Shown here piece after piece: positions 1 through 9,693 of a stretch of 64,000 bases of DNA. The translations under genes were made by a program, and so were the position numbers. This DNA is from an uncultured candidate division Zixibacteria bacterium (lineage in GTDB: Bacteria; Zixibacteria; MSB-5A5; GN15; FEB-12), in NCBI GenBank assembly GCA_963735035.1, contig CAVTJJ010000005.1:32001-96000 (forward strand), given 5' to 3'. Each line of letters starts with the position of its first letter. Position 1 is the stretch's first letter. The notes under the pieces were generated by a model. It was not told where the DNA came from, did not search any database, and saw nothing but the letters and a program-made list of their open reading frames with translations.

Positions 1-14
1 GATTTCGGGGACCT

Positions 15-112
15 GGGTGCCCCGCATGAAGCGGGGCAAGACAGAGGTGGGAAGCGGGGCAAGACAGAGGGGGAAGCGGGGCAAGACAGAGAAGGGGAGC
101 GGGGCAGACAGA
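15..112. repeat. REP-like hairpin followed by a short tandem repeat (GAAGCGGGGCAAGACAGA-like unit, 4 copies)
   Basis: GCCCCGC-ATGAA-GCGGGGC hairpin, then repeated gcggggcaagacaga; the same family occurs at about 50612, 50722 and 60881. Confidence 0.85.
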
Positions 113-298
113 GTGGACGGGGATTTACACAAGTGGCCGTTGAAAAGAGGGGTAGGTCTGAATAAGTTCAGATCGGTCAAGTATCCTAATGGAGTGCTGT
201 TTTGGCTCCAATAGGACTCTTTGAGGGTACCTGTCTGGGGTCACTAGAGCGGCATTTGAGGCTTGACTAACGCGGACCTCTAATACGAAATTGACACC

Positions 299-502
299 AT
301 GACTACCAAACGTCTTTACAGATCAAGAAGCAGCCGGATGATCGCCGGCGTGTGCGGCGGAATCGCCGACTATTTCGAAGTCGATCCGACCATCATTCGC
401 CTGGGCTGGGTTATCCTTATCCTGGCTTTTGGGACCGGCATCCTGGCTTATCTGCTGGCGCTGATTATTATACCCAACGAGCCGATCCAGCCGGCGCCGT
501 AA
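299..502 (+). CDS. pspC: PspC domain-containing membrane protein
   Basis: KRLYRSRSSRMIAGVCGGIADYF..DPT.IR signature plus a hydrophobic C-terminus. Confidence 0.9.
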   Translation: MTTKRLYRSRSSRMIAGVCGGIADYFEVDPTIIRLGWVILILAFGTGILAYLLALIIIPNEPIQPAP

Positions 503-523
503 TCGCGTCTCAGATCGCGGGCA

Positions 524-910
524 GGTGTCGGGTCATCCGGTACCCCACAGCTTGCTGTGGGTTCGTCGGTTTCGACCTATGCAAGATTGGGGATAATCCC
601 GTTTCGCGTCGGGTCACATCCCTCCCTCGCCTTCGGCGAGTTTGGGACAAGACCCCCGATCTTGTCGGGGGCAGGCTCTGACGCAACAAACGTTCGAGAT
701 CGCCACGGCCCCGATAAGATCGGGGCCTCGCGATGACGGATTCGAGGGTTTTGTACTCCTCCAAAACTGTTGCCAAGCGGCAAACAGACGCGTAGTTTCC
801 ATAAGAAGTAAAATGCACTCGCCGGCAGATGTAGGCATCTGCCGGGCACGGGATACTCAATGGCAGATGATGCCCCGCAGTCAACTCGGGGGCAGGCATC
901 TGCCGGGCAC
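524..910. repeat. Composite cluster of REP-like palindromes (several families)
   Basis: cccacagcttgctgtggg, cccccgatcttgtcggggg, gagatcgccacgg...cctcgcgatgac and ggcagatgtaggcatctgcc; all recur elsewhere in the window. Confidence 0.85.
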
Positions 911-929
911 AAGTAAGGAGGGCCGCAGG

Positions 930-3080
930 ATGCGCGCTCGGATTATTCTCGTCTCAGTACTAACTCTGTTGGCTATTCTTGTTGGCGTCGCTGTGGTCGA
1001 AAGCGCCACACTCGCGACTTTCGAGAAGCATGATCTTCGGATCACGCTCGATGTCCCCAACCAGCAAGCGACAATTTCTGACAAGGGCACCGTCCGCGTG
1101 AACGCGGGATGGAACTTCTTCTATCTGAACCAGGACGCCAAGGTCGGCACGCTGTCAGTAGGCGGCACTTCGGTTGACTATCATGTGGTCGGTTCCGGTG
1201 ATACGGCCCAGTTGCCGGTTGACATCAAGAAGGAAATGCCCAAACTGGAGACCGCAGGAAACCCGCTGCTGGTGTTCTTCCAAACAAAGCAGGCGACGTC
1301 GGTGCCGTTCGAAGTTGTCCTTACGGCGAAACTTCACGACTCGGTGGAAAATGTCCAGTTCTCGCGGGAATCGGTAGGCAACGAAGTCAGAGCGACGATA
1401 GGGGAGCAGGGCGCTTATCTGAGTCCGGCGGCGTATTTCTATCCGATAGGTGACGAGAAACTGGTGCAGTTCAGCGTGACGGTCGATATGCCGGGGAACT
1501 GGCTCTCCGTATCCGATGGCAACCCGGGGACTTCAACTGTTGAAAACGGTCGTCGGATCGAGACATTCGCGAATCCATACGTGAATGACGGCCTGAGCGT
1601 GATGGTGGCGCCGTTTGTGTCGCGCATGGAGACGCGTGACGGGGTCGAAGTGGCCTGCTACTTCTTCGAGGCTGATACGTCACTGGCCCAGGGATATCTC
1701 GACGCAGCCGCGGGGTATATCAAGATGTACTCCGATCTGATCGGTCCGTATCCGTTCAAGCGGTTCACGATTGCGGAGAATTTCTTCCCGACCGGCTATG
1801 GCTTCCCGGCCTGGACGCTTCTCGGACAGCAAGTCCTAAGACTGCCGTTCATTAAGACCACGTCACTTGGCCACGAGGTGCTCCACAACTGGTGGGGGAA
1901 CAGCGTGTATGTGGACTATGAAAAGGGGAACTGGTGCGAGGGGTTGACGGTCTACGGAGCCGACTATCGCTACAAGCTGATGGAGTCGGAAGCGGCGGCG
2001 AAAGATTATCGCAAGGATATTCTCAAAGAGTATGTCAGCTATGTCAACAAGGGGAATGACTTCCCGCTGCGCGAGTTCAAGTCGCGCACGAGCGCCGAGA
2101 CCCGCTCGATAGGCTACAACAAGGCGATGATGGTCTTCCACATGATTGAGCAACAAATAGGCACGCAGGCGTTTTTCGACGCCTGGAAACTGGTGTACAG
2201 CCAGTATAAGGCGAAGCAGGTTTCATGGGAGGACTGGGTTGCGGCGTACGAAAAGACGAGCGGACAGAAATTGTCGTGGGTGATTCCGGAATGGATCGAC
2301 CGGGCCGGCGCGCCGGTGATTGGATTGGATTCGGCCGTGCTCTCACAGGCAGGCTCAATCAGTCAGGGTGTAATGTTGAAGCTTTCACAGCGAGGAAAAG
2401 AGCAGTATCACCTAGCTGTGCCAGTTCGGGTTGAACTGTCGAGACAATTCACCTCAAACCCGAACGTCGATACCGTGTTCGATACTTCCGTGGTGCTGGA
2501 TAACAAAAGTCAGCTCTTTGGAGTGACAACTCAGATGGGGCACGGTGTCGTAGAAGTCGATCCCGATTATCATCTCTTCCGCAAGCTGTACCCCGAAGAG
2601 ATCGAACCGATCATCTCGGGTGTGATGGGTGTAGAGAAGAAGCGGCTGGTAGCGTATGATGCGTCAGATGCGAACAAATCTCTTTATGAAGCGTTCGGCA
2701 GCAGCCTGACTGAAGGTGGTGGGTTGGTCGAGACGGCGGCGATTCTCGATGAACCTACGAAAGACTTCGCGCCGGTGCTGTTGAATCCGAAAGAGATTCC
2801 GGTCGACATGGCTGCGATGATTACGACAACTGACACTTCACTGACGATCAACGGCGTGGCGTACCTGCGCAAGGGCCACACGTTTCTGCTGGCTGGTCGC
2901 AACTGGAACGGATTCGAGAAGTATCTGGTCGTGTTGAGTGATGATCCGGCGTCGTTGCCGCGGATCGGTCAGCTCGCGCCGCATTACGGTAAGTATTCGT
3001 ATCTGGTGTTCGAGGGTGCGAAGAATGTCGGCAAAGGGCAGTGGCCGACCGTGGGTTCGCCGTTGAAGAAGACGTTCTAG
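930..3080 (+). CDS. Secreted M1-family zinc aminopeptidase
   Basis: HEVLH..WCEG zinc motif; signal peptide MRARIILVSVLTLLAIL; SD aaggag upstream of 930; the ORF extension to 642 is repeat sequence. Confidence 0.85.
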   Translation: MRARIILVSVLTLLAILVGVAVVESATLATFEKHDLRITLDVPNQQATISDKGTVRVNAGWNFFYLNQDAKVGTLSVGGTSVDYHVVGSGDTAQLPVDIKKEMPKLETAGNPLLVFFQTKQATSVPFEVVLTAKLHDSVENVQFSRESVGNEVRATIGEQGAYLSPAAYFYPIGDEKLVQFSVTVDMPGNWLSVSDGNPGTSTVENGRRIETFANPYVNDGLSVMVAPFVSRMETRDGVEVACYFFEADTSLAQGYLDAAAGYIKMYSDLIGPYPFKRFTIAENFFPTGYGFPAWTLLGQQVLRLPFIKTTSLGHEVLHNWWGNSVYVDYEKGNWCEGLTVYGADYRYKLMESEAAAKDYRKDILKEYVSYVNKGNDFPLREFKSRTSAETRSIGYNKAMMVFHMIEQQIGTQAFFDAWKLVYSQYKAKQVSWEDWVAAYEKTSGQKLSWVIPEWIDRAGAPVIGLDSAVLSQAGSISQGVMLKLSQRGKEQYHLAVPVRVELSRQFTSNPNVDTVFDTSVVLDNKSQLFGVTTQMGHGVVEVDPDYHLFRKLYPEEIEPIISGVMGVEKKRLVAYDASDANKSLYEAFGSSLTEGGGLVETAAILDEPTKDFAPVLLNPKEIPVDMAAMITTTDTSLTINGVAYLRKGHTFLLAGRNWNGFEKYLVVLSDDPASLPRIGQLAPHYGKYSYLVFEGAKNVGKGQWPTVGSPLKKTF

Positions 3081-3085
3081 GATTT

Positions 3086-3298
3086 GGTGTTGTGCGATGT
3101 TGCGGCAGGTCCTGCGTCGTCGAAGGCGGCGTGTGACCTGCCGCTTTTCTATGACACGTGGTGGCGTCAGTACTTCCTGACAAGCAACGGTCAGGTCACA
3201 ACCCGCCTGGTCTTCGCCCAGCCGGGTCAGGACCTGACCGAACCTCGTAAGACGTCTTTCCCGTACAATAGCCGTCAGGCAGAGACGCCTGACGGCAC
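3086..3298. repeat. REP-like palindromes between convergent genes
   Basis: gcggcaggtc...gacctgccgc, ggtcaggtc...gacctgacc, ccgtcaggcagagacgcctgacggcac (also at about 62509). Confidence 0.75.
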
Positions 3299-3334
3299 GA
3301 AGCTTACAACGGGCGTTTGAAAAGAAAACCCTAT

Positions 3335-4090
3335 CTATCCGCACAAGACGGCGCCGCCGTTGACGTTCAATATCTCGCCGGTGATGAAAGTCGAAAGGTC
3401 GGACGCGAGAAACAAAATCGGTCCGGCCAATTCTTCAGCCGTTCCCGCACGTCCCATCGGAATCTTGCTCAAAATGTCCGCTCGCTCCGGTCCGATCAGA
3501 GCATCATGTGACATATCAGTATCGACCCAGCCGGGAGCGACACAGTTCACCCTGATATTGTATTCGATCAATTCAGGCGCGAGGGACTTGGTCAGGCTGA
3601 TGATCGCGCCCTTGGTCGCAGCATACGGAGAATGAAACGCTTCGCCGCGCTGCCCCGCAGTCGATGAAATCAATATGATATTGCCACTGCGCTGACGCTT
3701 CATGTACGGCACCACCGCCATGGTGGGGTAGAACGTTCCGAGGATGTTGACGTCCAGGGCACGTTTCAGGCGGGCGTCGTCCATGCCATCAATCGGATTA
3801 TGCTCCCAGATGCCGGCGTTGTTGACGAGGACATCGATGCGGCCGAATTCCTTTATCGTCTTGTCAACCATGGTGTCGACTTCGGAGCGGTTGGAGATGT
3901 CGGCCTTAGCGAGCGTAGCTTTCACGCCGTATTCGAGACACTGGCGTCTGATTTGCTCGGCGGCTTTCTCATCAGCGCGGTAGTTGATGATTACGTGACT
4001 GCCGGCTTTGGCGAACATGACAGCCGCCGCGGCGCCGATACCGCGCGATGCGCCGGTGATGAGGGTGACTTTGTTCTTGAGTTTGATCAT
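3335..4090 (-). CDS. SDR-family oxidoreductase (FabG-like)
   Basis: TGASRGIG, NNAG and YAATK motifs; start at MIKLKNKV with SD ggagg. Confidence 0.92.
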   Translation of the reverse strand: MIKLKNKVTLITGASRGIGAAAAVMFAKAGSHVIINYRADEKAAEQIRRQCLEYGVKATLAKADISNRSEVDTMVDKTIKEFGRIDVLVNNAGIWEHNPIDGMDDARLKRALDVNILGTFYPTMAVVPYMKRQRSGNIILISSTAGQRGEAFHSPYAATKGAIISLTKSLAPELIEYNIRVNCVAPGWVDTDMSHDALIGPERADILSKIPMGRAGTAEELAGPILFLASDLSTFITGEILNVNGGAVLCG

Positions 4091-4105
4091 TGGATTCCTC
4101 CGTGC

Positions 4106-4320
4106 GTCGGCAGATGTGGGCATCTGCCGGGCACGTATTCAAATGCCGTAGTAGGGCGGGTCCGTCTTCGAACCCGCCATGGTGCCCCACCGCTTGCGGT
4201 GGGTTAAGATTTCGGCGAACGATGTCGGGTTGCTCGTCGTTCGCTCTGCAAACGACTCGTGAACCCGACCTACATTTCTCCAAACGAATGTCGGCAGATG
4301 TGGACATCTGCCGGGCACGG
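4106..4320. repeat. REP-like cluster (two GGCAGATGT..CATCTGCC copies, a GTAG-type hairpin and a CCCACCGCTTGCGGTGGG hairpin)
   Basis: Direct inspection; the motifs recur many times. Confidence 0.85.
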
Positions 4321-4352
4321 TTCAAGTATGTAAGGTGCCGAGTCCGTCAGAC

Positions 4353-5489
4353 CTACAACCCTTTCGGTTTCAAATTCTCCTTCGAGAATGACTGCTCGAT
4401 CTTCGGATCGGTGAACACACCGTCCTTGCGGATCAGCTTGTCGTCAAACCAGAGCTCGCCGCCGCCGTAATCCTTGCGCTGAATCAGCACCAGGTCCCAA
4501 TGAATATTCGATTGGTTGCCGTTGTAGGCTTCGTCGTAGCACTGGCCGGGTGTGAAATGAATCGAGCCGGCGATCTTCTCGTCAAACAATGTGTCTTTCA
4601 TCGGCTTCATGATGAATGGATTGACGCCAATCGCGAACTCGCCGACATAGCGCGCACCGGGGTCGACATCGAAGACTTTATTTATCGCCGCGGTATCGCC
4701 GTCGAAAGTCGCCTTGACGATCTTGCCATTTTCGAATGTCAGCGAAATATTGTTGTACACGACACCTTCATGGAGCGAAGGAGCGTTATACGTAATCGTA
4801 CCGTTGACGGAGTCGCGCACGGGAGCGGTGTAGACTTCGCCATCCGGAATGTTGCGGAGGCCATCGCATTTGACGACCGGTATACCTTTGAGCGAGAATG
4901 TCAAATCGGTGCCGGGGCCCTTGATATGGACCTTATCAGTGCGATCCACGAGCGCGACGAGGTCGTCCATGGCCTTCGACATCCGCTCGTAATCGGCGCA
5001 GCAGACGTCGAAATAGAAATCTTCGAATGCTTCCTGCGAAGTCTCAGCGAGTTGGGCCATGCCATTGTTCGGATAGCGCAGCACTACCCAGCGGGTACGT
5101 TTGACACGCTGCTCCAGATGCACCGGTTTGTAGAAGTTGGCGTTCCAGAGATCCATCTGGCTTTTCGGAATGTCGGCCAGGTCAAAGGGATTGTCCGAGC
5201 CGCGGAGGCCGATATAGGCGGCGGCACGTTTCATGAGTTCCATGTGAAGCTCGGCCTGTTTCACATGCTGTTCTTTGGTCGCCTTTCCGAGATACTGGCG
5301 CAGGAGTGATTCGTCGTTGTAGAACCAGAACGGGATGGCGCCCTTCTCGGTGGCGATGCGGATGATCTGCTTGCCGAGTTCGAGCGTCTCTTTACCCTTG
5401 ATTTCCAGATAGAGAATTTCGCCCTTCTGCAGTTTGGTGGAATAGTCTATCAGTTGGCGGGCGAGTATTTCGTTGCGCTTGTCTTTCAT
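4353..5489 (-). CDS. Aminopeptidase, M29 (AmpS/aminopeptidase T) family
   Basis: NIPDGEVYTAP, GEFAIGVN, LFDEKIAGSIHFTPG and IHWD motifs. Confidence 0.9.
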   Translation of the reverse strand: MKDKRNEILARQLIDYSTKLQKGEILYLEIKGKETLELGKQIIRIATEKGAIPFWFYNDESLLRQYLGKATKEQHVKQAELHMELMKRAAAYIGLRGSDNPFDLADIPKSQMDLWNANFYKPVHLEQRVKRTRWVVLRYPNNGMAQLAETSQEAFEDFYFDVCCADYERMSKAMDDLVALVDRTDKVHIKGPGTDLTFSLKGIPVVKCDGLRNIPDGEVYTAPVRDSVNGTITYNAPSLHEGVVYNNISLTFENGKIVKATFDGDTAAINKVFDVDPGARYVGEFAIGVNPFIMKPMKDTLFDEKIAGSIHFTPGQCYDEAYNGNQSNIHWDLVLIQRKDYGGGELWFDDKLIRKDGVFTDPKIEQSFSKENLKPKGL

Positions 5490-5615
5490 ACATTCACCTC
5501 ATGAGTCGGGTACGGCGTCTTTTGAGGAAAAGATAACAAATTGGGATGCGCTTGGCAACGGGCTCTATTTGTCCAGGAAGGTGAACCAAGGCCGAAAGTG
5601 GTTGTTACATTCACC

Positions 5616-6386
5616 ATGGCGCAAGGCAAGGTTTACATCGGCACAGCAGGGTTTAGCTACCGCGACTGGCTGGGCAACTTCTATCCGCAGTTTTGCCCGG
5701 CGGCTGATTTCCTCCAGTGCTATGCGATGACCTTCAATACGGTGGAACTCGATTCGACGTTCTATGGCATACCGACCCGTAAGGTCGTGGAGAAATGGTC
5801 TGCTACAACACCGGCCGGATTCCAGTTTGCGGCCAAGTTTCCCCGGACCGTTACTCACGAAGGGGAATTGAAGGCCCGCATGGAAGATGCGGAGAAGTAC
5901 CTCGCGGTAATGGCTGCCATGGGTGACAAACTCGGACCGCTGTTACTTCAATTTCCTCCGAGCTTTCAACCGTGCAGCCGGAAAGACCTCTGTGAGTTGC
6001 TCAGTCTGATTCCGCGCGGGCTAAGGGTGGCGGTGGAAGTCCGGTGCCGGAGCTGGCTTACGGAAGAACTCTACTCAATGTTGAAAGCCCGCGAGATAGG
6101 CTTGTGTCTGGCCGAGCTTCCAGGCATGCCCCGGCTGAATGTGCGCACCGCCGACTTCATCTATCTCAGGTTTATAGGCGATCACAAGGGCATCCCGGAT
6201 GATTTCAGCTACGTTCGCGAACCCCGCCTGGATGAACTTGACTACTGGACCGATACATTGGAACATTTTGCCGGTGAGAATGCCGATATTTTTGCCTATT
6301 TCAATAATCAATTTTCGGGTCATGCCCCATCTACAGCCCTTGATTTTCGTAATCGAGTAGGGGGCGGCAAGGGACGCGCGACGTAA
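5616..6386 (+). CDS. DUF72 domain-containing protein
   Basis: YIGTAGFSYRDWLG.FYP, VELDSTFY, KFPR.VTH, LLQFPPSF, YFNN..GHAP. Confidence 0.92.
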   Translation: MAQGKVYIGTAGFSYRDWLGNFYPQFCPAADFLQCYAMTFNTVELDSTFYGIPTRKVVEKWSATTPAGFQFAAKFPRTVTHEGELKARMEDAEKYLAVMAAMGDKLGPLLLQFPPSFQPCSRKDLCELLSLIPRGLRVAVEVRCRSWLTEELYSMLKAREIGLCLAELPGMPRLNVRTADFIYLRFIGDHKGIPDDFSYVREPRLDELDYWTDTLEHFAGENADIFAYFNNQFSGHAPSTALDFRNRVGGGKGRAT

Positions 6387-6469
6387 CACCTTACATCATA
6401 AGTAGTTCTATCTCTCGGGGAGGGCTGTGCATGGTTTGGACAGAAATCCGACCGGGTGGTCGATCTTAC

Positions 6470-6497
6470 TCAACTAAAGTAAACCGGATTCCGATAG
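6470..6497 (+). promoter_or_regulatory. Possible sigma28 (FliA)-type promoter upstream of cheW
   Basis: TCAA-N16-TCCGATAG versus the consensus TAAA-N15/16-GCCGATAA. Confidence 0.35.
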
Positions 6498-6640
6498 ACT
6501 ACTCAGGTCGGTCGGCGTAGTCCTGGATGGAACAGAGGACGTGAAGACCACGGTGGAGAGGGAGCTCCGATCAAATCTACGCGATCGGACAAAGCAACGC
6601 GACGACAAGAGACATATCATAAAAGGATGGGACGTTCTCG

Positions 6641-7132
6641 ATGCACAAAGAAATCACTAACAAACAGGAAAGCGCCGGTATGGCGGCTTCTGACGAACTG
6701 CAGTTGGTGTCCTTTAACATAGGCACCGAGGAATTCGGCGTCGATATCCTGAAAGTCCAGGAAATCAACCGGATGGTCGAGATCACGCGCGTACCGCAGG
6801 CGCCGCACTATGTGGAAGGTGTCATCAACCTCCGTGGGAAAGTGATCCCGATTGTTGATTTGAGAAAGCGCTTCAATCTGGAACTCAAGGAACACGACAA
6901 GAATACCCGAATCGTGGTGGTCGACATCGGTGGCAACATCATGGGCATGATTGTAGACTCCGTGTCGGAAGTTCTCAGACTGCCGGCCAATACTATCGAA
7001 CCGCCCCCGGAAATCGTTACGGGTGTCAACTCGGAGTACATCAAGGGCGTGGCCAAGCTGGACGACCGGCTGCTGATCTTCCTCGATCTCTCCAAGGTCA
7101 TCGACATGGCCGAAATAGCTTCGGTAAACTAG
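6641..7132 (+). CDS. cheW: Chemotaxis coupling protein CheW
   Basis: QLVSF.IG.EEFGVDILKVQEI, ITRVP.AP.YVEGVINLRGKVIPIVDLRKRF; the start may be 6680. Confidence 0.95.
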   Translation: MHKEITNKQESAGMAASDELQLVSFNIGTEEFGVDILKVQEINRMVEITRVPQAPHYVEGVINLRGKVIPIVDLRKRFNLELKEHDKNTRIVVVDIGGNIMGMIVDSVSEVLRLPANTIEPPPEIVTGVNSEYIKGVAKLDDRLLIFLDLSKVIDMAEIASVN

Positions 7133-7152
7133 GCGAAAACGAAGTTTGATAT

Positions 7153-7182
7153 AAGGACCGGTCAACGACCGGTCCTTTTTTT
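7153..7182 (+). terminator. Rho-independent terminator after cheW
   Basis: aaggaccggtc-aac-gaccggtcctt followed by a T run. Confidence 0.85.
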
Positions 7183-7198
7183 GTCTGGTCGTCAGGGT

Positions 7199-7227
7199 TT
7201 GACAGGTCACCGGCGACCTGATACATT
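7199..7227 (+). promoter_or_regulatory. sigma70-type promoter, probably driving a leaderless transcript
   Basis: TTGACA-N17-TACATT, 6 nt before GTG at 7234. Confidence 0.6.
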
Positions 7228-7233
7228 TGCGAT

Positions 7234-8418
7234 GTGACTTCTCCTCAAAAGATCTGCTTTCTCTATTTGAATATTGGGCGCGGCCATCCGTTCTATCTCG
7301 ACGGCATAAATGAAGCCATGATCGCTGCCGGAAGCAGGCCCGTCCAGATTGTCATTGAGGATGCTCGATCAGTATGTTCTTCGATCCCACGTCTGATGCT
7401 GGATTCCATGTCACGGTTATATCGTCGCGGCGGGTCCAGAGGACCGTGGGGATGGCTCTACGCGCTGTTCAGGAAGGGTGCTGAAGCGGGGGGACAAAAC
7501 TTCAGTAGCGCAATACTTCGTCGGGCGTTTGAGAACTATCCATCTGACGAGTTGATCGAGACGGTTGTGGTTTCGCATCCGATTTTGGTTGGCGTCTTAC
7601 CCAGGCGACTGAAGATCATATATCAGCACGGCGAACTGGTAGCTCCGAGGGGGGCTTTGGTAGAAGGCGCGGACGAAGTCCTGGTGCCGACCGAAAAGGT
7701 TGCGGAGATGTTCGTTCAGGCCGGATACTTGCGTGAGCAGATTTTTGTATCCGGGCTTTGCATCGAGCCGGGAGCCGTAGGTGTTGCAGTCGAGGCCTAT
7801 CGCAGTCGGCACGAGCGGATCGATCAGACGGTCCCGTTGATTGGTCTCTTCGTATCATCTGGTGCTGAGCCGTACCAGCATGTTAAGGCTATTATCTCAA
7901 GCGTTACTTCATGTAATCGTGTCGGTATACGCACGATTGTTCTCGCCCGGCAGGGCGGAAAACTGGAGACTGAAGTAAAACGGATGGGCCACAAGACCGG
8001 ACTTCAGATTACCGACTTGCAGGGAATCAGCTCCGGAAATTTGGACTGGGGGGAATGCTCTGTGATAGCCTTCCGTTCGAATCTCGAAGAGTCGCAGGCG
8101 ATAGGATATCTTCTTCCGCAGATCGATTTCTTCGTTGGTCCGCCGCACGAGCGCACGAATTGGGCGCTCGGACTCGGGTTGCCCATGTTCGCGTTGACTC
8201 CATGTATAGGACCGTTTGCTCCGCTAAATATGCAACTATTGGAAAGCTCCGGGACAACCGTCACGCTCGGATCGAGCCGAGACGCCGAATTTCTGGGGGA
8301 GACGGTGACCGAACTCCGCCGCACAGGTCAACTAGGTCGGATGGCCGAATGCGGGTGGGGGAACTTCTCGATCAACGGGTTCGAGCGAATCGCCGAACAC
8401 CTGCTCAAGTCCGCCTGA
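7234..8418 (+). CDS. Hypothetical protein, possibly GT-B glycosyltransferase-like
   Basis: 394-aa ORF; the N-terminal GRGH and VVVSHP segments resemble UgtP/MGDG-synthase-type enzymes (weak). Confidence 0.65.
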   Translation: MTSPQKICFLYLNIGRGHPFYLDGINEAMIAAGSRPVQIVIEDARSVCSSIPRLMLDSMSRLYRRGGSRGPWGWLYALFRKGAEAGGQNFSSAILRRAFENYPSDELIETVVVSHPILVGVLPRRLKIIYQHGELVAPRGALVEGADEVLVPTEKVAEMFVQAGYLREQIFVSGLCIEPGAVGVAVEAYRSRHERIDQTVPLIGLFVSSGAEPYQHVKAIISSVTSCNRVGIRTIVLARQGGKLETEVKRMGHKTGLQITDLQGISSGNLDWGECSVIAFRSNLEESQAIGYLLPQIDFFVGPPHERTNWALGLGLPMFALTPCIGPFAPLNMQLLESSGTTVTLGSSRDAEFLGETVTELRRTGQLGRMAECGWGNFSINGFERIAEHLLKSA

Positions 8419-8463
8419 CATTGGCCTTGCGAAGGGGGAGAGTGACAATATATTGGCCGGAAC

Positions 8464-9693
8464 ATGTTTGCCCGTCCACTTGCATACGTCCGCCAGTTCG
8501 AGAGCAATCTCTGGATTCTTTGTGTGGGGTGGTTCGTGGGGGCGTTGGGGTTCGCAGCGGCTATTCCGTTTCTGTCGATATATTTTCACGATCGTCTGGG
8601 CCTTTCGATAACTGAAATAGGCTTGTTCTTTGGGGCGATGGCGATAGTTCGGGCCGCTTTCCAGATAGTGGGCGGGGAACTTTCGGATTTCATGAGTCGC
8701 AAGACGCTGCTAGTCCACGCCCAGATTCTGCGAGCGGTGACGTTTCTCCTGCTTGGCGTTGCTATCGACTACAACATGGGTTTCTGGTGGGTGGCTGTAT
8801 TCATGTCGCTCAATTCACTGTTTGGAGCCATTTACTATCCGGCGCAGCATGCTTTGGTTTCGGACATCTTGAAGGAACATCAGCGTCTCGACGGCTACGC
8901 CCTGACGAGGTCGGCCGGCAATCTCGGCTGGGCGGCAGGGCCGGCCATAGGCGGTTTCATGGCGCACAGCTCATATGCGCTTCTGTTCTACATAGCGGCT
9001 GCGATTCTTATGACTTCAGGACTGATTTTCCATTTTGCTTTCCGCGAGCCGAAACAGCACCGACGGGAAGAAGGATTTCGACTGGCCGATCTGATGACAA
9101 TCAAGGATGATCGTCGTCTTGCGGTTCATTGCGTGCTGTCTCTTGCGCTCTACCTGGTGGTGGCGCAGTTGATTTCGCCCTTCTCGATCTACGCGGTAGA
9201 GATGGTTGGAATTTCAGAAGTGCAATTGGGCTACTTATATACCGTCAACGGGTTTCTGGTAGCGGCGGCTCAGATTCTGGTCACACGTGCGCTCGGCAAG
9301 ACCCGTTTCAGTACGCAACTGGCGGTAGGCTCACTGATATACTTCATAGGCTACGGGTCGATGGGTTTCTCGGGTAACTACGGCTACATGGCCTTCGTGA
9401 TGGTTATCGTGACGACCGGGGAGATGATCATGTCGCCGCCATCGCTGACTTTGGCATCGCGTTTGGCCCCGCCGAATCGACTCGGACGATATATGGGAGT
9501 CTATACGTTCTTTACGACAACGGGTTGGTCACTCGGCCCGCTCTACGGTGGATGGTTCCTCGACCACTTCGGTACTCAACCACAATTGGCATGGGTGATG
9601 ATTGCGTCGCTGGCGCTGGTGTCGTGTGCAGGCTATATCTGGTTCGGTCGTCATCTTGACGACTCTGTGAACGGACTGCCGAAGACTACTTGA
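8464..9693 (+). CDS. MFS transporter
   Basis: About 12 hydrophobic segments; GGELSDFMSRK resembles MFS motif A. Confidence 0.92.
   Translation: MFARPLAYVRQFESNLWILCVGWFVGALGFAAAIPFLSIYFHDRLGLSITEIGLFFGAMAIVRAAFQIVGGELSDFMSRKTLLVHAQILRAVTFLLLGVAIDYNMGFWWVAVFMSLNSLFGAIYYPAQHALVSDILKEHQRLDGYALTRSAGNLGWAAGPAIGGFMAHSSYALLFYIAAAILMTSGLIFHFAFREPKQHRREEGFRLADLMTIKDDRRLAVHCVLSLALYLVVAQLISPFSIYAVEMVGISEVQLGYLYTVNGFLVAAAQILVTRALGKTRFSTQLAVGSLIYFIGYGSMGFSGNYGYMAFVMVIVTTGEMIMSPPSLTLASRLAPPNRLGRYMGVYTFFTTTGWSLGPLYGGWFLDHFGTQPQLAWVMIASLALVSCAGYIWFGRHLDDSVNGLPKTT

Noticed and set aside
642..929. N-terminal ORF extensions and short ORFs across repeat clusters (e.g. 17-214, 510-912, 22558-23026, 57056-57453, 62221-62853)
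   Set aside because: They translate palindromic repeats (recurring CPADVHICR and GRCGHLPGT peptides) and lack SD sequences or domain signatures.
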